Positions 1 to 8,246 of a DNA stretch of 64,000 nt are shown here, piece after piece. Positions within the stretch are counted from its first letter, which is position 1. The number at the start of each line of letters is the position of its first letter. The notes under the pieces were generated by a model. It was not told where the DNA came from. It saw only the letters and a list, made by a program, of their open reading frames with translations, and ran no database searches. The stretch is from an uncultured Mycoplasma sp. Its GTDB lineage: Bacteria > Bacillota_I > Bacilli_A > RF39 > UBA660. The position numbers and the translations under genes are program-made. The stretch spans positions 4,975-68,974 of the forward strand of contig CANRTI010000001.1 in assembly GCA_947642635.1 (NCBI GenBank). The letters run 5' to 3'.

Positions 1-1121
1 TAGTATTTTTAGGATTTATTACATTAAAAGATGAATTACGAAAGGAAGCTAAAGAAGGTATTAGCTTAATTCAAAATGCTGGAATAAATGTAATAATGAT
101 TACAGGAGATGCTAAAGATACAGCAAAAAATATTGCCAAGGATGTCGGAATCATTAATCATCCAGACGATTTAGTTTTATCTAGTAGTGAATTTAATCAA
201 ATGACTGATGACCAAGTTCAAAAAATTATTTCTCGTCTTAAAGTAGTAGCAAGAGCTCTTCCCCAAGATAAAAGTCGCTTAGTAACAATTTTAGAAAGTA
301 TGAATTTAATTGTAGGGATGACTGGAGATGGAGTTAATGATGCTCCAGCTTTAAAAAAAGCAAATGTTGGTTTTGCAATGGGAAGTGGTACTGAAGTTGC
401 TAAAGAAGCTAGTGATATTGTTATAATAGATAATAATATTTTATCAATTAGTAAAGCGATTTTATATGGTCGAACTATTTTTAAAAGTATTAGACGCTTT
501 GTGATTTATCAATTAACAGTTAATATGACAGCACTATTTTTATCCATTGTTGGTTCTTATATTGGGGTTAGTACTCCTATTACAATTATTCAAATGTTAT
601 GGTTAAATATGATTATGGATACTTTTGCGGGACTAGCATTTTCTTATGAAGCACCACTTACTTATTACATGGGTGAACAACCTAAAAAATTAAATGAACC
701 AATTATAAATAAATATATGTATTCTCAAATAATAATTATGGGCTTATACTCTGCTATATTGTGTATTTTATTTTTAAAATTACCATTTTTTAAATTATTA
801 ATTCGAAGTGATTATAAGCATTTTATGACTGCTTACTTTGCATTATTTATTTTTATTGGAATCTTTAATGCTTTTAATGCTCGAACTGAAAGATTGAATA
901 TTCTATCAAATATTTTAAAAAATAAAGTCTTCTTAATTATATTTTTATTTATTTCTATTGCTCAAATATATTTAATTTATCATGGTCATGATTTGTTTCG
1001 AACATATGGTTTATCAATAAAAGAATTAGTTGTTGTAATCATCTTAGCTTTTAGTGTTATTCCAATTGATTTTATAAGAAAACTCTTATTAAAGAAAAAA
1101 GATATTAAACTAGCAATTTAA
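1..1121 (+). CDS. P-type cation-transporting ATPase (Ca2+-type), C-terminal portion; 5' end outside window
   Basis: The frame is open from the window edge (VFLGFITLKDELRKEAKEG...IMITGD). It has the hinge motif GMTGDGVNDAPALKKANVGFAMG and multiple C-terminal hydrophobic helices. Confidence 0.9.
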   Translation, partial: VFLGFITLKDELRKEAKEGISLIQNAGINVIMITGDAKDTAKNIAKDVGIINHPDDLVLSSSEFNQMTDDQVQKIISRLKVVARALPQDKSRLVTILESMNLIVGMTGDGVNDAPALKKANVGFAMGSGTEVAKEASDIVIIDNNILSISKAILYGRTIFKSIRRFVIYQLTVNMTALFLSIVGSYIGVSTPITIIQMLWLNMIMDTFAGLAFSYEAPLTYYMGEQPKKLNEPIINKYMYSQIIIMGLYSAILCILFLKLPFFKLLIRSDYKHFMTAYFALFIFIGIFNAFNARTERLNILSNILKNKVFLIIFLFISIAQIYLIYHGHDLFRTYGLSIKELVVVIILAFSVIPIDFIRKLLLKKKDIKLAI

Positions 1122-1128
1122 TATCTTT

Positions 1129-1914
1129 TTAAAATGCATTATTTAATTTTTTATAGGATAAATCATAATTATTAAGATGCACACTTTGTTCTTCTGGAAT
1201 TTTTAATTGATGATTATTATGCCATAAAATAACTTTATAAGAATTATTAGTAATACTTACTTCGGGTTCAGGATAATTAAATTTAGCCAATTCTTTTTTG
1301 ATAACTTCCCACCCTTTTTCAGAATCTTCATTAATAATATTATATTCTTGATATAATTTATATAACTTAGGATTTTTTAATAAATCTTTTCTTTCTGGCT
1401 CTACTAATCCTCCGGGACTAGTAAAAATCATACAATTAGGATAAATAGCTATTTTGATAGAAGTATCAATAAATCTTTTATTATAACTACGATGTAATAA
1501 GCAATTATTGATTAGTTCAAAAAGAACTCTGTGTGGATAATTATTCTTTATCTTAGTCTTACAATAATCAGTAATATAATTTAAAGCTTGTTCTTGCATT
1601 TCTAAAATAGTTCCCGTTATTTTAACATTATCACTAGTTTTAATTATCTCACTCAAATTATTTAAATACATTTCTTTATAAGTACTAATTTCAATAAATA
1701 AATGTGGATAATAATCTTGAGGATTTTTACCAAAAAAGATTGTTCCTAATAGAGTTAAATAAATTAAATTGGCTTCTTCTTTGATAATGCCTTTTTTCTT
1801 GAAAAAATCAAATATTTCGGGATTACCAAATAAATTTAAATATTTAACCACATATTCTCTATTTAATTCTTCAATACTTGCATAATCATTTATTTGTAAT
1901 TCTCCATTAAGCAT
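1129..1914 (-). CDS. HATPase_c_4-like putative ATP-binding/transcriptional regulator domain protein (RecG-C-like)
   Basis: The motif ELINNCLLHRSYN...SPGGL parallels EALLNAIIHRDYN...SLGGI of the 432-aa AlbA_2 protein at 26825-28123. The likely start is ATG 1914 (MLNGELQ) with GAGGAAAG upstream, overlapping the stop of the preceding gene (AATGCTTAA). Confidence 0.55.
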   Translation of the reverse strand: MLNGELQINDYASIEELNREYVVKYLNLFGNPEIFDFFKKKGIIKEEANLIYLTLLGTIFFGKNPQDYYPHLFIEISTYKEMYLNNLSEIIKTSDNVKITGTILEMQEQALNYITDYCKTKIKNNYPHRVLFELINNCLLHRSYNKRFIDTSIKIAIYPNCMIFTSPGGLVEPERKDLLKNPKLYKLYQEYNIINEDSEKGWEVIKKELAKFNYPEPEVSITNNSYKVILWHNNHQLKIPEEQSVHLNNYDLSYKKLNNAF

Positions 1915-2326
1915 TTTGATAACTTTCCTCTCTATTTTTTTCTTCCCAAAGTTCATCTACTAAATTATTTTTTGCTTCTAGTAATAACATTTCTTCATTG
2001 ACAGCTATTCCTTTTAAAAGATAATTTTTAATGCCTTTAATTATTTCATCTCGCCAAGAGCCAATAATATCTCTTGAAATTCGAAAAATTAAATAAATGT
2101 AGACATCAAATTTATAGTAGAGTTTCTTTTTTTGGTTTACTTCTATTTCTTTACATACTTCTTCTACTTCGAAATAACTTTTTGAAAAAAGATCAATAAT
2201 ATGAGCATTTATTTCAAAAGGACTAATACCCAGTAAATAACTAAGCGTTTCAATTGACATGTATAACTCATCACTATCAGTATCAAAGTAGCTTCCTAAA
2301 TGATGCAGATTATGATCTATTTGCAT
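1907..2326 (-). CDS. RhuM-like (virulence RhuM family) protein
   Basis: The C-terminal WRDEIIKGIKNYLLKGIAVNEEML resembles the RhuM family segment (FR.WAT..LKEYL.KGF..D). The true start is ATG 2326 after AAAGGAGGTG; the tracked ORF begins at an upstream TTG. Confidence 0.5.
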   Translation of the reverse strand: MQIDHNLHHLGSYFDTDSDELYMSIETLSYLLGISPFEINAHIIDLFSKSYFEVEEVCKEIEVNQKKKLYYKFDVYIYLIFRISRDIIGSWRDEIIKGIKNYLLKGIAVNEEMLLLEAKNNLVDELWEEKNREESYQNA

Positions 2327-2489
2327 ATTTTCACCTCCTTTTGCCAATAATTTTGATTAATTAATTTAAACATAAATTTTCCTCCTTCTATATATATTTA
2401 CGTTTTAAATAGTTGATTTCCTTTTTTTATTTCAAAAAGTTTAGTTTTTGATTAAAAGCCTTTATTTTAAGGCGTATATACAAAAATTT

Positions 2490-2527
2490 AAAGTAATTTT
2501 ACTACTAATTTACTACTTTAGAAAGAG
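2490..2527 (+). repeat. Putative attL direct repeat
   Basis: AAAGTAATTTTACTACTAATTTACTACTTTAGAAAGAG here versus AAAGCAATTTTACTACGAATTTACTACTTTTGAAAGCG at 10963-11000, with 4 mismatches. Confidence 0.6.
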
Positions 2528-2595
2528 TTTTGAAAAAGAGCCTAGATATGCAAGTAGAAACTTTTAAATATTATAATTAAAACGACTAGTAATGA

Positions 2596-2802
2596 CTAAT
2601 CGTTTTCTTTTTTTCCCTTATTATCTTTAAATTCAAGATTATTAAGGGCATATTCTACGCACTGATTTATAAGTTCATTTCTACTAATATCAATTTTACT
2701 AGCAATTTCGTCAATTTTATTTATTCTACTAATATCCATACGAACTGATACCACTATTTTTTCATTATTTATAGGTTTTTTGCTAGGTTGAAAAGTATTC
2801 AT
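2596..2802 (-). CDS. Ribbon-helix-helix (CopG/Arc-like) DNA-binding protein
   Basis: It contains the beta-strand EKIVVSVRMD followed by two helices (ISRINKIDEIASKIDISRNELINQCVEYAL). The ATG at 2802 is the likely start. Confidence 0.55.
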   Translation of the reverse strand: MNTFQPSKKPINNEKIVVSVRMDISRINKIDEIASKIDISRNELINQCVEYALNNLEFKDNKGKKEND

Positions 2803-2895
2803 TTCTATCACGCCCTTTCTTACATATATATTGTAATATTTTTCACACTTTATTAATATATTCAAATCAAATAGTTAAAATATAAACTACACATA

Positions 2896-2924
2896 TTGAC
2901 TACAATAAATAAAAGTGGTAGAAT
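2896..2924 (+). promoter_or_regulatory. Sigma-A-type promoter for the surface-protein/sortase operon
   Basis: TTGACT, a 17-nt spacer, then TGgTAGAAT (extended -10). It lies about 185 nt upstream of the 3110 start. Confidence 0.55.
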
Positions 2925-3109
2925 GTTTTTGTCAGTTATAAGTGTTTATAATTGATGTTGTAATTGTTGGTCGCAGTATGCAGTTAAGCCAACAATAGCA
3001 GTAATGGAACGCCGTAGTTTAGTGTTCCGTATTTTATGGTAATAATATTCTTTATGAATATTTATTATATTTCAATAAAATTTTAGATGTAAGAAAGGAA
3101 AGGTATAAA

Positions 3110-4363
3110 ATGAGAAAGACAAGTAAAATTTTATTATCGGCATTAGCAGTATCTAGTATGTTCTTTACTATGACAGTTAATGCAGAAGAACTAATACCAA
3201 CACCAAGTGAAAACCAAAATATCACAGTAGCACAAGACACTACTACAACAAAAAGTTTAAAAGACTTAACAGAGGAAGAATTAAATAATATTATTCCAAA
3301 GACTATTGAAATAAATGTTACTAAAACAGATTATGTAAACTATATTATAAGAACTAATTTTCAAGAAACAGAGGAAGAAGATATTGTTGAAAAAGCATTA
3401 GAAAGAAAGTTTATAGAAATATTTAATACAAATGGAATAACAAATGTATCAAGTTCTGATTTTTCTGTAGGTTGTGAATTAAGTAGTGGAATAGCATTAA
3501 TGGAAAATGGAAGTATTGGAATAAACGGATTAAATTATGTGGCAGAATTTACTATAAAATATACAAAAGAAAGTGGTTATAGTGAACAAGATGCAACTTA
3601 TGTTAAAAATGCAGTAAATAGTATTAAATTTGCAAAATATAGCGACGATGGAATTTATCAAACTGACGCAGTATTTACAATGTACAATATTGGCGATGAA
3701 GAAAGTGCTAGTAAATGGACTGAAAATACATATGATTTTAGTAAATTATTAAATGATAGTTCTATTACAATTAAAAAGTCATTTGGTATTGGTGGTATAG
3801 GTGGTGGAACACCTTGGGGAACAGGAACAATATTATATTTTTATAAAAATGATGTTCTATATGATATAAAGGATATTATGAATATGGGTGCTTATGGAAC
3901 AACATTAGAAAATGGAACACCAGTAAATATGGCAAGATTAGAAACTGATGACGAAATTTACAAGATAATGTCAAAAGAATTAGAAAGTAAAGGTTTTACA
4001 AATATTTTAGGTTGTTATGAATTAACGGCCTATGGAACAACTTATGACAATATGAAAGTATCATTTACTCTAGGAAATAATTACAATGGTAAAGAAGTAC
4101 AAATATTACATAAAAAGAAAGACAATACTTATGAAATCTTTAAAACAATAGTAGCAGACGGAAAAGCAGAAATAACAGTTAATGAGTTTTCACCTTTTAT
4201 GATTGCTTTAACTGAAAACACTACTACTGAAAATGTAAATAAAGCACCTAACAATGCTCAAACTTCTTCAATAGATGTTGTACTATACTCTATATTGGCT
4301 CTTGGCTCTTTAGTAGGAATTACTTATATTCTAGTTAGTAAGAAGAAAAAGGAAATAGCCTAG
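3110..4363 (+). CDS. Cell-wall-anchored surface protein (sortase-B-type sorting signal NAQTS)
   Basis: It has an N-terminal signal peptide (KILLSALAVSSMFFTMTVNA). The C-terminus carries NNAQTSS, a hydrophobic helix and a KKKKE tail. The sortase gene is immediately downstream. Confidence 0.8.
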   Translation: MRKTSKILLSALAVSSMFFTMTVNAEELIPTPSENQNITVAQDTTTTKSLKDLTEEELNNIIPKTIEINVTKTDYVNYIIRTNFQETEEEDIVEKALERKFIEIFNTNGITNVSSSDFSVGCELSSGIALMENGSIGINGLNYVAEFTIKYTKESGYSEQDATYVKNAVNSIKFAKYSDDGIYQTDAVFTMYNIGDEESASKWTENTYDFSKLLNDSSITIKKSFGIGGIGGGTPWGTGTILYFYKNDVLYDIKDIMNMGAYGTTLENGTPVNMARLETDDEIYKIMSKELESKGFTNILGCYELTAYGTTYDNMKVSFTLGNNYNGKEVQILHKKKDNTYEIFKTIVADGKAEITVNEFSPFMIALTENTTTENVNKAPNNAQTSSIDVVLYSILALGSLVGITYILVSKKKKEIA

Positions 4364-4388
4364 TTGCTATTTCTTTCTATTTAAGACA

Positions 4389-5138
4389 ATGAAAAAAAGA
4401 AAATTTAAAGTAAAAAATATTCTACTTATTTTATTTGTAGTAGTGTTCTTGTTCTCTACTACTAAAATTATATTATTCCTATTCGATTCACACAACAATA
4501 AAAAAGAAACTAAAGAATTGATACAAGATGTTATCAATATAGAAATAGAAGAAGAAAAAGAAGTATTTAAAATTGATTTTGAAAAATTGCTATCTATCAA
4601 TAATGATACTATTGGTTGGATACGATTTAATCAAGACAAAGTAAACAACCCTATTGTACATACAAGGGATAATTCTTATTATCTTAAACGCTCTTTTGAA
4701 AAGAAAAGTAATCAAGCAGGGGCAATATTTATGGACTACCGAAATACATCTTTTAATGATAAAAATGTTGTATTATTCGGTCATGCGATGTTAGATGACA
4801 CAATGTTTGGCTCATTACAAGATATATTTAAAAATGATTTTTTTGATACGAAAGAAAATAACTATATTCAAATATACAACAAAGATAATGAACTTTTAAC
4901 CTATCAAATATTTAGTTATTATATTATTGAAAAAGAAGAATATTATATAACTACTTCATTTAAAAGTGATAGTGATTTCAATAAATTTATTGATACCATT
5001 ACAAAAAGGAGTTATAAGAAGTTTGATGTAGAAGTATTTACAAATGACAATATACTTACTCTTTCTACTTGTTCGGGTACGGGTGGGACATCTAAAAGAA
5101 AAGTCGTACATGCAAAAAGAGTTGAAAATTTAGAATAA
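4389..5138 (+). CDS. srtB: Class B sortase
   Basis: It has an N-terminal TM helix, the motifs IGWIRF...NNPIV and VLFGH, and the catalytic TLSTCS motif. The size is about 250 aa. Confidence 0.85.
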   Translation: MKKRKFKVKNILLILFVVVFLFSTTKIILFLFDSHNNKKETKELIQDVINIEIEEEKEVFKIDFEKLLSINNDTIGWIRFNQDKVNNPIVHTRDNSYYLKRSFEKKSNQAGAIFMDYRNTSFNDKNVVLFGHAMLDDTMFGSLQDIFKNDFFDTKENNYIQIYNKDNELLTYQIFSYYIIEKEEYYITTSFKSDSDFNKFIDTITKRSYKKFDVEVFTNDNILTLSTCSGTGGTSKRKVVHAKRVENLE

Positions 5139-5146
5139 TCTATAAA

Positions 5147-5189
5147 ATAATTTTGGCACAAATAAATGTGATCCAAAATTATTTTTTGT
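5147..5189 (+). terminator. Rho-independent terminator after srtB
   Basis: An 11-bp stem (AATAATTTTGG / CCAAAATTATT) is followed by a T-run. Confidence 0.6.
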
Positions 5190-5248
5190 TTGAGTCTATA
5201 TTATATTGGTTAAAAATGGTATAATTGTAATGAAAGGACGATGGCTTT

Positions 5249-5680
5249 ATGGTTAATGAAATAGAAAATCAAAATAGTATCAAAATTGACGATATTTTTT
5301 ATACTGATAGACATTGTGGCGTAAAAGGACATTATATACAATTTTTTCAAGTTGTCGATGTAAAAGAAAATAATCAAGTTATATTAAGAGAAGTTAAACA
5401 AATACTTGATTCACATAACGAGGAAAATAAAGCAATGGTTATTCCATCTAAAAATCAATTTAAAGATAGTAGCGCCTTTATAGAGGACAATAACATTGGA
5501 ATAGTAAAATCAATAGAATATGATGTTAATAGTAAAAATAATGACACGCCTTATATAATTATGTCCCCTCTTACTTCTAAAAATAAAGAGTCTATAAGTA
5601 TCAATGCTTATTTATGGGACGGACAATCAAAATGTCATTATAACGATTTATTTGAGTATGTAAATAAAGAAAAAATATAA
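5249..5680 (+). CDS. Hypothetical protein (paralog A of a tandem pair)
   Basis: It shares IKIDDIFY, IQFFQVV, VIP..N.FK, IEDNNIG and LWDGQ with the next ORF. Confidence 0.65.
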   Translation: MVNEIENQNSIKIDDIFYTDRHCGVKGHYIQFFQVVDVKENNQVILREVKQILDSHNEENKAMVIPSKNQFKDSSAFIEDNNIGIVKSIEYDVNSKNNDTPYIIMSPLTSKNKESISINAYLWDGQSKCHYNDLFEYVNKEKI

Positions 5681-5703
5681 TTTTTAATAGGAGGTATATT
5701 TAT

Positions 5704-6105
5704 ATGTCAAAGGAAATAAAAAATCAATATGGTGTAAAAATTGGAGATATATTTTATTTTGATAAAAATCAATTTATACAATTCTTTCAAGTTGTTGCTT
5801 TAAAGGGAAAAAGCCAAGTTACTATAAAAGAGGTTGAATTAGAAAAAGTAGGAGAAGATGAGTATAAAAAAGCCCTTGTAATACCCCATCTAAATCATTT
5901 TAAAACTGAATGCCTTTATATAGAAGATAATAATATTGGCGCAACAAAAACTATAAAAAAATATGACGATGGTCGCCTTTATATAAGTTTTAATGATTTT
6001 TTTAATAGAAACCCTGATGGAACATTATTTCTAAAAATGTCTTATTATCAAATAGCCAATTTATGGGACGGGCAACCAAGAATACATTGCCTTAACTATT
6101 ATTAA
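5704..6105 (+). CDS. Hypothetical protein (paralog B of a tandem pair)
   Basis: The SD TAGGAGG lies upstream. The conserved blocks are shared with 5249-5680. Confidence 0.65.
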   Translation: MSKEIKNQYGVKIGDIFYFDKNQFIQFFQVVALKGKSQVTIKEVELEKVGEDEYKKALVIPHLNHFKTECLYIEDNNIGATKTIKKYDDGRLYISFNDFFNRNPDGTLFLKMSYYQIANLWDGQPRIHCLNYY

Positions 6106-6130
6106 AATATTTTTTAAAGGAGCATGAGAT

Positions 6131-6550
6131 ATGAATAATTTAAAAGAAGAATTTGACAAAAATTTTGAACTAGACAAAGAAATAAATAAAACCTATGTTG
6201 AGGTTATGGAAGTGGTAAAAAAGACACATAAACCTACCCTACAAAAATTTATTGACGAAACGGGACTAGGTAAAGGAACTTTTTATAATCTAACTAATGG
6301 CTACAAAAAACCACTCATGACATCGCTTGTTGCGTTTGCAGTAGTATTTAAAATCAATTTAAAAAATGTTGAAGATTTACTACGAGCATGGGGACTAGGT
6401 TTTGAGCCAGGTAATAAAGTACATCATGCCTACTCACAACTTATAGAAAAATTTAGTGGTAAATCAATGGCAGAATGTAACGAATTCTTAAAAGAAGTCG
6501 GAATTCATGAAAAATATTGGTTAAATGATGGCAGAGAAACTAGACAATAA
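6131..6550 (+). CDS. Putative helix-turn-helix DNA-binding protein
   Basis: The SD AAAGGAG lies upstream. It has an HTH-like segment, LQKFIDETGLGKGTFYNLTNGYKKP. Confidence 0.5.
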   Translation: MNNLKEEFDKNFELDKEINKTYVEVMEVVKKTHKPTLQKFIDETGLGKGTFYNLTNGYKKPLMTSLVAFAVVFKINLKNVEDLLRAWGLGFEPGNKVHHAYSQLIEKFSGKSMAECNEFLKEVGIHEKYWLNDGRETRQ

Positions 6551-6560
6551 TTAAAAATTA

Positions 6561-6593
6561 GAGCATATTTTCAAAAAATATGTTCTTTTTTTT
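6561..6593 (+). terminator. Rho-independent terminator
   Basis: The hairpin GAGCATATTTT-caa-AAAATATGTTC is followed by T8. Confidence 0.7.
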
Positions 6594-6608
6594 ATGTCTT
6601 GAAACGAA

Positions 6609-6713
6609 AATTTCCATCATTGGTGGAATTTTTAACCTTTAAAACAAACACTTTTTAAATTATAAACCTTTTAAACCCTTTATTTATAAGGCTTTAATTT
6701 CCATCGTCGGTGG
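6609..6713 (+). repeat. Two copies of AATTTCCATCRTYGGTGG (candidate iterons/operators)
   Basis: AATTTCCATCATTGGTGG is at 6609-6626 and AATTTCCATCGTCGGTGG at 6696-6713. Both are in the non-coding gap between the cargo and transfer modules. Confidence 0.45.
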
Positions 6714-6802
6714 GCTACGGAATTCAAAATTCTTGCTAGAATGGACTTGTAATTTGAAAGGCGCCAACTAAAATTACAAACAAAATTTAACGAAAGGAGA
6801 AA

Positions 6803-7006
6803 ATGGCGAACATGATAAATATTGAGTTACCTTGCAAAGTTGAGGAACGCGTAAGTGCTAAAACTGGTAAATCTTACATTGTAGTAGCAATTAGAGTTGA
6901 TGACGACTACGAAATGTTACTATTCCCAAGCAACGAACAACAAGCAGTTATTCGTATGGCGTTCAAAAATAGCAAGCCAAAATTTAAAACGAGTCAACAA
7001 GACTAA
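6803..7006 (+). CDS. Small hypothetical protein (67 aa)
   Basis: The SD GAAAGGAG lies upstream. The 5' UTR holds a 9-bp-stem hairpin, TTGTAATTT...AAATTACAA. Confidence 0.55.
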   Translation: MANMINIELPCKVEERVSAKTGKSYIVVAIRVDDDYEMLLFPSNEQQAVIRMAFKNSKPKFKTSQQD

Positions 7007-7085
7007 TTAAACCCTTAATGTTATATCTTTCTATTATTTTAAATAGTAGTTAGATTAGCATTAAGGTAAATTTATAAAAATTATT

Positions 7086-7167
7086 GCTACATGCTACATG
7101 CTACATATAAGGGGTAATACTAGCCCTTATATGGTGGGGGCTAAAGTGGCTACGCCACTCGCCCCAC
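7086..7167. promoter_or_regulatory. Rolling-circle-type origin/nic site: iterons, then a stem-loop with the TAGTATTAC nonanucleotide, then a GC-rich nested hairpin
   Basis: GCTACAT occurs three times in tandem (7086-7106). The stem is ATATAAGGG (7105-7113) paired with CCCTTATAT (7124-7132). The loop GTAATACTAG is the reverse complement of CTAGTATTAC. A nested hairpin GTGGGG..AGTGGC-tac-GCCACT..CCCCAC spans 7134-7167. Confidence 0.7.
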
Positions 7168-7259
7168 TCATGGGCGTGTATTAACTAGTATATGTATTAG
7201 CGCATTAGTTCTTTGAAAATTTAATAATAATCTAAACTATAAAAAATAGGAGTGATAAC

Positions 7260-8246
7260 ATGGCAGATAATAGCCAAAGTCGTAAATGGGCTTTAACGAT
7301 AAATAACCCACTAGAACATGGCTTTACGGATGAAGTAATAAAAGAAACTTTGCAAAAATTCGCTCTTGACTACTATTGTATGTGTAAGGAAATCGGAAAC
7401 GAAACTCAAACACTTCACATTCATATATTTATGTATTCAAAATCGCCGATTCGCTTTACAACGATACAGAGTCGCTTTAACAAAATAGCCCACATAGAAA
7501 AAGCCTACGGGACTATACAAGATAACATTGACTATGTGAGAAAAACGGGCAAGTTTGAAAATACAGACAAAGCCGAAACATCTATTGAGGGCAGTTTTGA
7601 AGAATACGGAACGATACCATCGGAACTACAAGAAAAAGACCCCATTATAGGGCAATTATTAGAGGATATTAAAGATGGCAAGTCAAACATCGAAATAATA
7701 GAAAATAACCCACAATGGGCTTTAAAAATACGAGATATAGACTTAATTAGAGAAACTTATCTTGCAGACAAGTACATGAAAGAAAATCGCGACATCATAG
7801 TAACTTATGTTTATGGTAAAACGGGCGTTGGTAAGACACGAGATATATACAAAAGGCATGGTGCTAAAAATATATGTCGTATCACGAATTATACAAGTAG
7901 TAGAGGTGTGAATTTTGACTCATATAAAAGCACTATGAGTACCCTAGTTTTTGAGGAATTTCATAGTCAAATACCCATCGGCGATATGCTTAACTATACC
8001 GATATATACCCCCTTATGCTACCAGCGAGATATAGCGACAAAGTGGCTTGTTACACTTATGTATATATAACTTCAAATGTTCCCCTAGAGGAGCAATATT
8101 ATGACTTACGATGTAGTCTAAAGTATAGAGAAGTTTGGGACGCATTTTTGCGTAGAATTCATAACATAATTGAGTACAAAATTGATGGTTCAATTATAGA
8201 ACATAAATTAACTAAAAAATTGGAGGAATTAGAAAATGAAAAATAA
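7260..8246 (+). CDS. rep: Rep protein, HUH endonuclease plus SF3 helicase (CRESS-DNA virus / pCRESS plasmid type; probable relaxase/initiator of the element)
   Basis: Motif I is WALTINNP, motif II is HIHIF and motif III is YVRKTGK. Walker A is GKTGVGKT, Walker B is LVFEEF and motif C is ITSN. Confidence 0.85.
   Translation: MADNSQSRKWALTINNPLEHGFTDEVIKETLQKFALDYYCMCKEIGNETQTLHIHIFMYSKSPIRFTTIQSRFNKIAHIEKAYGTIQDNIDYVRKTGKFENTDKAETSIEGSFEEYGTIPSELQEKDPIIGQLLEDIKDGKSNIEIIENNPQWALKIRDIDLIRETYLADKYMKENRDIIVTYVYGKTGVGKTRDIYKRHGAKNICRITNYTSSRGVNFDSYKSTMSTLVFEEFHSQIPIGDMLNYTDIYPLMLPARYSDKVACYTYVYITSNVPLEEQYYDLRCSLKYREVWDAFLRRIHNIIEYKIDGSIIEHKLTKKLEELENEK

Noticed and set aside
1907-1956. The 50-nt overlap of the two tracked minus-strand ORFs, considered as evidence for a frameshifted single gene (a RhuM-HATPase fusion).
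   Set aside because: An SD-preceded ATG at 1914 overlaps the upstream stop (AATGCTTAA). This is ordinary translational coupling of two genes.
2925-3109. A c-di-GMP riboswitch (class I or II) in the leader of the sortase substrate gene.
   Set aside because: I could not find the conserved GEMM-I or c-di-GMP-II core nucleotides by eye. I report it only as an unclassified structured leader.
4367-4600. A 77-aa minus-strand ORF overlapping the start of srtB.
   Set aside because: It is antisense to a well-supported sortase gene. It has no SD and a low-complexity Ser/Ile/Asn composition.
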